DNA of 63,867 nucleotides. It comes from Octopus bimaculoides. Lineage: Eukaryota. This document shows, in pieces, positions 54,421 to 63,867 of the stretch. The notes beneath the pieces were generated by a model, which did not search any database, had not been told where the DNA came from, and worked only from the letters and a program-made list of their open reading frames with translations. Every line of letters starts with the position of its first letter. The stretch's first letter is position 1. The translations under genes were made by a program, and so were the position numbers. The stretch covers positions 62,342,736 to 62,406,602 of the forward strand of contig NC_068981.1 of assembly GCF_001194135.2 (NCBI RefSeq). The letters are read 5' to 3'.

Positions 54421-54868
54421 AACCTTCTTCCACGAAAAGATGGCTTAAACTGTTCTCTAAAGAGTTTGAAGGAACAATAGAAAAAGAAAGAGAAGATTAA
54501 GAATGAATGTCAAGGTTCATAAAAGGAAAGGATATTAGAAGAAGAAATGAATCTAAACCGTTGATGAAGTAGCAGAATTTGAAAACATCATATTTAAAAT
54601 AGATGTCAAAATCATTCTAGTGGCTTTCAAGAATATGCAAAATTGTTGCTGACTCTGATAGATCAAAAGAAAATAACATTATGGGTCTTGCAGACTTACA
54701 CATTCCAGTTGTCTCTAAGTACCTTTTCAAGAAGCTTCACTGGATACACTGTACACTGCCATCCTCACATCATGCAATACTTCATATTCAAAAATCTTTC
54801 AGTTACATGTCTTTTCCCTAATGCTTTCCTAAGGTAATATTGTCTGAACAATCAAGTTCTTTTCGCCA

Positions 54869-54953
<85 letters not shown>

Positions 54954-55157
54954 TGTGTGTGTGTGTGCGTGTGTGCGCTCTATTATTGACTCATTTTAGT
55001 GCTTTTTTACAAATCGCCTTTGCACAGAATCTATGGAAGTACCTAAAACGTTGCCCATTATAGGGAATAGAAGGCGACATAGTTTTCCTAACTTGTGTGC
55101 GAAATCGACCGGTGAAACTGAATGAACTAGATCTTTGATTTAAGCTATAAATTATCA

Positions 55158-56443
55158 CGTCGGTCATTAAGAATGAAATGTCCAATCTTCGTATGCATGA
55201 AGTTTGACAGTCGTTAACTCTAAATTTTTATCCTGACAATTCTTTTGTTTTACAGCATTGAAGAGTCACACCATCACTTTTCGAAATGCTATTCATGGTG
55301 TCTGATTACATTGTAAGTTTTCTCTTGTAAATCAATTTTTGTGAAGCTATCGATAGGTCAAAGATTTGTGTTGTTTATGAATATGAGTTCCGTCGTGGAA
55401 CCAATGCATCTCAGACAGCTCGAAACATCAATGAGGTGTTTGGTGAAGATGTGGCTAATGAGCGCACTGTATGTCAAAGTTTTAAGAAGTTCCGGTCTGG
55501 TGACTTTGCTTTGAAAATCAGTCCCGTGGTAGACCTGAGACCAAGGTGGATAATGACGAACTGGAAACTGTAGTGGAAGCGGGTACATCTCAAACTACGC
55601 GTGATTAAGCAGCAAGGTTTGAAGTTTTGATTCCAACGGTACTGGTCCAGCTGAAACAAATTGGCAAGGTAAAGAAGCTGGCCAAGTGGATACCATACAA
55701 AATGAAAGAGTATCAGATAACACGTCGTCTTCGAACCTGCTGTTTTTTGCTGTCACGGCATAAAAGCGAACCATTTATGTGTCGTATTAATACGTGTGAG
55801 GAAAAATGGATTCTTTTCAACAATAGCAAGCGTTCTGCATTGTGGTTGGATCAAAACGAAGTGCCAAAAACACAATCCAAAAAAGAATATTCACGAAAAA
55901 AGCTAATGCTGTTTGTTTGACGGTTCAGCGCTGGTCTCATCCACTACATCTTCATGAGACCTGGTAAGTCAATTATATCGGATGTATACATCAACCAATT
56001 GGATGAAATAACGAGTGAACTTGCAATTAAACAAACGAGATTGGTCAATAGAGACAGGCTAATTCTCTTGCAAGACAATGCTCGACCACATGTTGCACAA
56101 ACAGCGCTACTCAAGTTACAGAAACTGAAGTTAGAAGAACTCTGTCATCCACCATATTCACCAGACCCTGCACCAACTGACTAGCACGTTTCCCAGACAT
56201 TAGACAACATTTTGCTCGAAAAAAACCTCCAAATCTGAAGAAGATGCTAAACAGCCGTTCGTGATTTCATCACCTCTTGCTCTCCAGAATTCTGCGCTGC
56301 CGGCATAAATAAGCTACTGATAAAATGACAAAATTGTGTTGAAAATTTATTTGCATACTTTGAATAACTGTATTGCTTTCTGTCAAGATAAAGTAAAATA
56401 AACTATCAGTTCAAAACCGGATACTTCATTCTTAATGACCTGA
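55158..56443 (+). mobile_element. Mariner transposon (cecropia/Hsmar1-like), full length ~1.29 kb, inactive
   Basis: TIRs ggtcattaagaatgaa (55162) and ttcattcttaatgacc (56425-56440) followed by tgaTA. YEFRRGTNASQTARNINEVFG..KWIP..TCEEKWILF..QDNARPH..HPPYSPDPAPTD*. Confidence 0.92.
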
Positions 56444-57325
56444 TATTAGTAAACACGGTGCGTTGACGTATATGTAAGTGCCTGTTTTTTCCTAACTTAC
56501 ACACGTACGTACATACACATATACTCGCACACACACACACACATACACACACACACACACACACACGCATACACAACAACAGAAGCAACATCAATAAATA
56601 AACACACTTCGATATCTTCAATAGACAGTTATCGAGAGACTTTGTCGTTTGAGATACGTAGCAAAACGTTATTCTTTTATTCTGCTGCGGTAAATTTGGT
56701 GATCGACGACTTCTCTTCCTCCGTTGAGATACAGCCATACTTCTGTTTCAGCTCTTCCGAATGTGTTTTCTTCTATGCCGTCTATTTTATCATTACTTTC
56801 ATAGTAGTTGCTAAGTGGTTTACCGAGGTACCTATCATTATTTTTTCATACATCCGCATTGACGTTATTTCTTTTTGTATTGTTGTTAGAATGTTAATGT
56901 TATTTTGGAAACCGTTAGCAATACACAAAATTATCCCATTCTCTTTATTTCCTTCAGAAGAAGGTAACTATATTTATTTTGGTAGACATGTGCCACCATT
57001 TTAACCATATTCAAATGCTTTTTGTTCTATAGCAATAATAAATAACAAACTACCACTCCTAAATGGAAACATAGAATTCAACTTTGCTCTTTCTTGATAT
57101 AACAATACAATAAACATCTCAAATTTCATGCTAATGTAAAGCAAAAATCACTTACCATAACAACAAAAATACATGGAAATGACTTCAATAATAATATGAT
57201 TATTCTAACCGTACCGATTTAATCACTTTACTATTTGACTGACCTTAGAAATGAAATACAATTTGAACTTATCACCTTCAAGGACTTTATTCAGTTATTG
57301 ATATCTAACCAATTATTTATTCTGC

Positions 57326-57709
57326 GTGGAGGCGCAAATGCCCAGTGGTTAGGGCAGCCGACTCGCGGTCATATGATCGTGGTTTCGATTCCCAGACCGG
57401 GCGTTGTGAGTGTTTATTGTGCGAAAACACCTACAGCTCCACGAGGCTCCGGCAGGGGATGGTGGCAAACCCTGCTGTACTCTTTCACCACAACTTTCTC
57501 TCACTCTTACTTCCTGTTTCTGTTGTGCCTGTAATTCAAAGGGTCAGCCTTGTCACACTGTGTCACGCTGAATATCCCCAAGAACTACATTAAATGTACA
57601 CGTGTCTGTGGAGTGCTCAGCCACTTGCACGTTAATTTCACGAGCAGGCTGTTCCGTTGATCGGATCAACTGGAACCCTCGTCGTCGTAGGCGACGGAGT
57701 GCCAACAAC
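57326..57709 (+). mobile_element. tRNA-headed SINE family C, full length with 11-bp TSD
   Basis: A box tgcccagtggtt and B box ggtttcgattccc. TSD atttattctgc at 57315-57325 and 57710-57720. Confidence 0.9.
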
Positions 57710-57763
57710 ATTTATTCTGCAGTTTTCTTCTTTTAGTGACGAAGGAATTTACATGAATGGACA

Positions 57764-57802
<39 letters not shown>

Positions 57803-58264
57803 GTGCATGCAAATACATGTGTGTGTGTTTCTCAGTAGGATAGATGTCCTCGTATCAAATTATATTCATAAAGCATTAATTAAACAACCTGAGCTATGAT
57901 AAAGGACAGTTCAATGGGGACCACATTTTATGATCAGACTTAGGTCCACTTGATTGTAAAGTATATGTTTAGCTATATTTCTGTCAGCGCCAATTCCCCT
58001 GATTTTATTTTATTGAAATCCTATCACTGATCTGAACTTCTTGCCAGTGAGATTGTTGTGACAGAATATACTTGTGGGATAAAGCCGCGGAATGTATGTA
58101 TATCAGATATAATGCATTTCAAATTTTACTAAACGTAATACTCGTGTAGTCAATTACGATAATGTTAAGTACAGAATTATCTGAGACATTGCACGAAAAT
58201 TGTATTTGTAATAAGGTCTCTTCTTTGTCCACGGTGAAAGAAAACAACTTGTTCACAAATGAGT

Positions 58265-58743
<479 letters not shown>

Positions 58744-59149
58744 ACATATAGTAGTCTATACTTCCTTACAAGAAGATTTGCTCCACCTCTGTCTATGGGG
58801 ACCGATCTGCTGAGACACATGTTCCTCGGAGATATAGATTAGAATTGACAATACGATGTGAGTGGTTGATGCTTCAGTTAACAATTGCTTGATAGTCTAC
58901 CAACGTAAGTATATTAGACGTTTATAAATTGCCTTTGCATCTGTTTTAATAAAACAATAATCAATATATAGGTGGTATTGATTTTAGCTAAGACAGGAGT
59001 CTGAAATGTAAAAATGATTGCCATAATGTCAAGTTTTAAATTCTACACAAAAGGAAATTTAAACTCAACTTAATACTGCTTTCTTTTGACGAGACACAAG
59101 GAGATTTTGAGTAGTTAATACTGTAAGTTGAATCGACAGCAGTATACAA

Positions 59150-59600
59150 TTCATTATTTCAACTACCTGGAAACAAAATTTCAAAATTTAGATGGACAAG
59201 ACAAATATGTTTATTGGTTCACTACAACGCTCATCTGTTTCCGGCCCCGACCAATCTGCATACCTGATTGTTTATTTCACATCAGATATATTTCGGTGTC
59301 ATTACCCTTGTCAATCTGGTCAAAATTTATCACTGAACGTAAAAGACTGTTTACTAATTATTGATGGCATTTCAAAGTACAAATGCTTCTTGTTTGAGAT
59401 GCTCAAATCATATGTTGACGTCGAACTTTAGAAAAGATTACGCGTCAATCCCAAAGCTCCAATGCCACAGAACAAAGGAATTCTGGAATTAGAAACGTCA
59501 GTTTCATTTTCAGAGCTTTACTCTCGAATGCAAACTCAATTGTTTTCAACGATGGTTAACATGGGGTTCTGGTTGCAGCTCCATATAACACACATTTTAT
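59150..59600 (-). mobile_element. RTE-like LINE 3' coding remnant
   Basis: LYGAATRT..LKTIEFAFESKALK and MPSIISKQ..; weak match to the LLYG.ETW..LE.FE and MPSI RTE C-terminal motifs. Confidence 0.3.
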
Positions 59601-60089
59601 GCTATAAGAACACAAAGACATAGTTCAAAATACTCATGAATAAGCTTCTTTTCTTCGGCCCTTTCTTCACATTCATACTTTAAGCACGTACAGATAACAT
59701 AAAACAAACATTTGATAATTCTTACCTGACACATACATTCAAGGCAATCCTGTGGAACTGGACCTACAATGCAAAATAAACCATATATATNNNNNNNNNN
59801 NNNNNNNNNNNNNNNNNNNNNNNNNNNNNNNNNNNNNNNNNNNNNNNNNNNNNNNNNNNNNNNNNNNNNNNNNNNNNNNNNNNNNNNNNNNNNNNNNNNN
59901 NNNNNNNNNNNNNNNNNNNNNNNNNNNNNNNNNNNNNNNNNNNNNNNNNNNNNNNNNNNNNNNNNNNNNNNNNNNNNNNNNNNNNNNATATACATATATA
60001 TTGATAGGAAGGACAACAAAAGAAAAAAGAGACCTCGATATTATGTAAATAGAGGAATCTATTTGTAAAAATATGTGACATTTATTCGG

Positions 60090-60163
60090 TAGCCATGATA
60101 AAATTCCGAGTTTCGGATGCCGGGGTGGAAGCCCACGCCAACATCTCTTCAGTTATCCGGCCA
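60090..60163 (-). ncRNA. Sister hammerhead (sense pLTR copy) with G16.2>A
   Basis: Identical to 61238-61311 except for a loop U/C change and GUU>AUU at 60104, which breaks the C15.2-G16.2 pair. Confidence 0.6.
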
Positions 60164-61237
60164 TTGAAAATTTCTGTGAAAAATGACCTATGGGAATTGT
60201 AACTGACACCTTTATCTTTTAAAGACCATAGATGACTGGATAATTTGGTAGTTTTTCTTTTGTCCCAGTGCTTGAAACTCAAAGTGTGATTATTGAATCT
60301 GGCCTTGAAATTACCCTTCGTGAGGACCACGTACATCTTCGTCGAAACTGTGTCCTTAGTGGATACAGAGTTCACGGTGGCTTCATGAATGATGGTTTCG
60401 GACATGCAAGCTCCATTTATCGGGCACAAGTTTTTATCTCTGCATGAACAGCTGCCTTCATATTGCGGCTTTTGTGTGCTGTGTACGATTATGTTTTTAA
60501 AATTAGCAGTTGAGCTGAAACTGATTTTTAAGTTATGTCTGTTGAAGATCTTTCTATAATTATGGTTAACTGGAAAGTGCCTGTCTATCAGGGCCAAGAA
60601 GTACTTGCCTATATTAAAGATCACTTCGGGTGTGTAGGGGTGTGTGAACCAGATGCTTTTCCTATTCCTATGCTTTCTTCTCTTTGTTACTGGACTAGTG
60701 GCAGGTTTATAGGTTATTTCTTCATTAAAACTACTATCTTTTAGAGCTTTATTATACTGGGGCAACCCTATTAAAAGTGTCCCTATCAGAGGAGAGGCTA
60801 GAGATTATTTTACTAATGTTTTTAACTAAATTTTTAAACACTATAGGGGGATGGCAGGAACCTACATTGATGTAACTATGCCTATCTTTGGGCTTCCTAT
60901 AAATATTCTTATAAATATTCTTATTCAGATCTAGGGACACATCTAGGTAATTGACAACCGCCAGGTTGGTATCTGTAGTTATGCTGAGACCGAAGGTTTT
61001 CATCAAATGGATAATATTCTTCCTGAACCGATCCTGTGCTGGTCCATTGGTATTAGCGGGTAAAGCTAGGGCATCATCTTTGTAAATTGCGAAGTGTACG
61101 TCAGGAAAAGTCTTGCCCAACGTATCTAGTAGGAATAATCCAATAAGTTCGCATATGCCTGCTCCATCATATGACCCCATGCTCACATCGAAAGCACCCT
61201 CTGTATCGGTAGTCTCATTTTTCACAGGAATTTTCAA

Positions 61238-61311
61238 TGGCCGGATAACTGAAGAGATGTTGGCGTGGGCTCCCACCCCGGCATCCGAAACTCGGAGTTT
61301 TATCATGGCTA
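61238..61311 (+). ncRNA. Type I hammerhead, core intact (inverted pLTR copy)
   Basis: UGGCC-g-GAUAA CUGAAGA GAUGUUGG..CCGGCAUC c GAAAC UCGGA GUU/ UUAUC-au-GGCUA. Helix I is bulged (5+5 bp), helix II has 8 bp, and helix III is near-palindromic AACUC-G-GAGUU. Confidence 0.72.
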
Positions 61312-62729
61312 CCGAATATGCTATAGCTGAATTTGGACTCATTAGAAAGAAAGTGCAACACAAAAAATCGCAAAGCATCTGGCTTATATTCCCTTACAAT
61401 CCCGCTACTACAACACTCGTGTTTGTTACATTTTATAGAATCCGAAATGCAAGGTAAATCTTAGATTTGAACTCAGAGCGCAAAGAGATGGAGTAAATAT
61501 TTCGAAGCATAATATATATTGTGCCGATTACTATCTAATTTACTTTTACAGATAAACGCTAACGGGAAACTAACCAATAATTTTGGAATGTATATATAGA
61601 AAATTTATGGAAACGACGGAGATTGACCACCGAGTGTTTAATGAAAAGTTTATTCTAAAGTGATCGAAATTAAAATCTGCTATCGAAATTTCAACTTTAC
61701 GCTCCAATGACTAGGTTATTAATGTTATTTTTAAAAGTTATTTTACTATTCAGCATTTTTCAGTATTTCCAAACACTGGGGTGAAGTCAGAGTATTTTAC
61801 TCACACCATTGTGTGTATTTGTGTGTTTTTATTACGGTATTACCCAGGGTCTTCAACAAGTATTCAATATGTTTCGTGGCAAAGTGTAAAGTAATATACA
61901 CACATACATACATACATACATACATACATACATTGCTACCATTGAGAAGCAAATTCCCAAAACAGTCGAAATCAGCCACTGCGATCGTTCCAACATTTTT
62001 GCTCAACGTACAAGTCGCCAGCCTTTCTACCACTGTCCAAAAATCATAGATCCAATTTATTGAGGATTTCCTTATTGATCATCCACACCATATCCCTTTC
62101 TTCATCCTCAAAGAGAGCCATCTCAATAACCTTCACTTAGAAGGTGGGTGAGAGTGAAGAATTTTACAGCCATAGTATTCGCATAAGCGCACCAATCCAT
62201 ACATACACATGCGCGCCCGCACACCCACGTACATGCGCATATATGTATATACACATCTACCCTCGCTTGAAGCACACACATGCTCACCCACACATTCACC
62301 ATATATATATATATATACCCACATCCACGCCCACACACACACACGCGCGCACCACGCTCGGTCCCATACACACGCGCACACCACGCTCGCACCCATACAC
62401 ACGCGCACAAAAAAGGTTCATACACACGTCAATATATGCACATGCCCAAGAAAAAACAGGGCTAAAAGCAAAATACAGAAAAAAAGTGTAAAAAAAGCGT
62501 GAAAAAAAATGTGTAAAAACGTGTATTTTGCCTTTATCCCTCCCTGGTATATAGATATNNNNNNNNNNNNNNNNNNNNNNNNNNNNNNNNNNNNNNNNNN
62601 NNNNNNNNNNNNNNNNNNNNNNNNNNNNNNNNNNNNNNNNNNNNNNNNNNNNNNNNNNNNNNNNNNNNNNNNNNNCGCTTGAAGCACACACATGCTCACC
62701 CACACATTCACCATATATATATATATATA

Positions 62730-63222
62730 CGTGGGGTGATCAATACGTATCCGGACTGTTGTAATAGTAACGAAGCTAAAACAAGCAGAATACACCTGCT
62801 TGGGACAGATTGGCCTTAATCGCTGCTGTGCATGTGCACATCTGCAATATTTTTCTCTCTTCTGTTTGTTTCGGGTCTCCCAGAACGTTCGTCAATATCG
62901 ACATTTTTTGTCAATCTTGGAAACGTCTGAACCACCCGTACGCTTGTGTGTGGTTCATACATGCTTCTCCATAGATTTTATGCAACCCTGCGTAGGCCTC
63001 TGAGCAGGTATCGCCATGACAACTTTCTCTGTTATTGTCAATGCGATGTTCAAACGCTAAACACGTTCCTTCCACACACTGCTGCAAAACAGCGGAAATG
63101 AGCTATAACGTTAAAACGTAGAGCGCATACGCAGCAGAGTTAAAGGTCAGTCTGTGCAAAGCGGCTCTACTCTGCGTACATTAGATATCTTACTTTGGCA
63201 ACAGCCCTGATACTTATGGATA
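62730..63222 (-). mobile_element. Internally deleted non-autonomous mariner (~500 bp)
   Basis: TA plus TIR cgtggggtgatcaatacgtatccggactgt; partial partner acagccctgatacttatggat at 63201-63221 runs into (TA)n. Minus HTH remnant EAYAGLHKIYGEACMNHTQAYGWFRRFQD*..DERSGRPET. Confidence 0.75.
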
Positions 63223-63867
63223 TATATATATAGCTAGATAAATATATCTTAAAGATCATATTTCCACGATAGAAAATACTTAATACAGAAATGCATATAC
63301 ATACATACATGCATGCATACATATATACATACATTCATACGTACATACATAAGTACTTACATTCATACACATACACATATGTACACATAGCAATAATTAT
63401 GCTGGTATAGGTGTGTAGTCGCAAATACTTATTAGTTGAAATTTGGGGTTAATCAACGCTATTGAATTCACAGTCAAATTAAATATTGATTCGTAATACT
63501 TCGTTACTATAATCTATATTTAAGCCACTACTTTACGTAAATCCTATTCAAGCACATGATATCAGATACTAAATTAGCACCATAACAACTCCTCTCTAAA
63601 AGACATATTTGATGAATTTTAATAAACAAGAATTGGCGCAGAAATATTTTGAATCAAACATTTATGAGTCAATAATATTAATAGTTATATTACTGTTACA
63701 CGAACGAAAACACACGAACAAACACACACAGAAAATCAAGGTGAGCCAGTGAAAAGAGCACACACACATGCAGACACACACACACACATACATATATGGT
63801 GGTGCATCAGCATGGCCGCAGCTCTAAGCTGAAACTTAATAAATATATATATATATATATATATATA

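Larger units (their letters stand above)
60083..61318 (-). mobile_element. Young 5'-truncated PLE (C-terminal EN with CxC-x5-CP linker; Hydra-like, inferred) bracketed by 104-bp inverted pLTR copies
   Basis: ORF 60752-61378 FDVSMGSYDGAGICELIG..IYKDDAL..VNYLDVSLDL..YRKPKD; ORF 60082-60765 CSCRDKNLCPINGAC..KMYVVLTKGNFKARFNNH..LSSHLWSLK. Arms 60083-60186 and 61215-61318 differ at 3 positions. Confidence 0.9.

Overview
This is AT-rich, microsatellite-saturated eukaryotic DNA with N-gaps, nearly all flanked by (TA)n or other dinucleotide repeats. The repeat content resembles an octopod cephalopod draft assembly (inference from SINE/microsatellite style; not provable from the window alone). No intact host gene can be supported. 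The window is mostly decayed transposable elements: four mariner elements, a Tx1/L1-type LINE, RTE and CR1-like LINE fossils, four families of tRNA-headed SINEs, and many Penelope-like element (PLE) pieces. The main signal is RNA-level. About 15 hammerhead-ribozyme (HHR) motifs from several unrelated sequence families can be read by eye; about five keep a plausible catalytic core, including one with a compensatory A3:U8 pair in place of C3:G8. Five insertions share one architecture: an inverted copy of the element's own 3' end sits at the 5' junction, and four of these carry a recognisable HHR motif. The best candidate for something undescribed is at 22.8-23.2 kb, where a tRNA-like Pol III head is joined to a PLE-type HHR tail and shows the same inverted junction, i.e. 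a possible SINE mobilised by Penelope-like machinery. Most ORFs in the supplied track are microsatellite or gap artefacts. All structures and translations were derived by hand and need computational confirmation.
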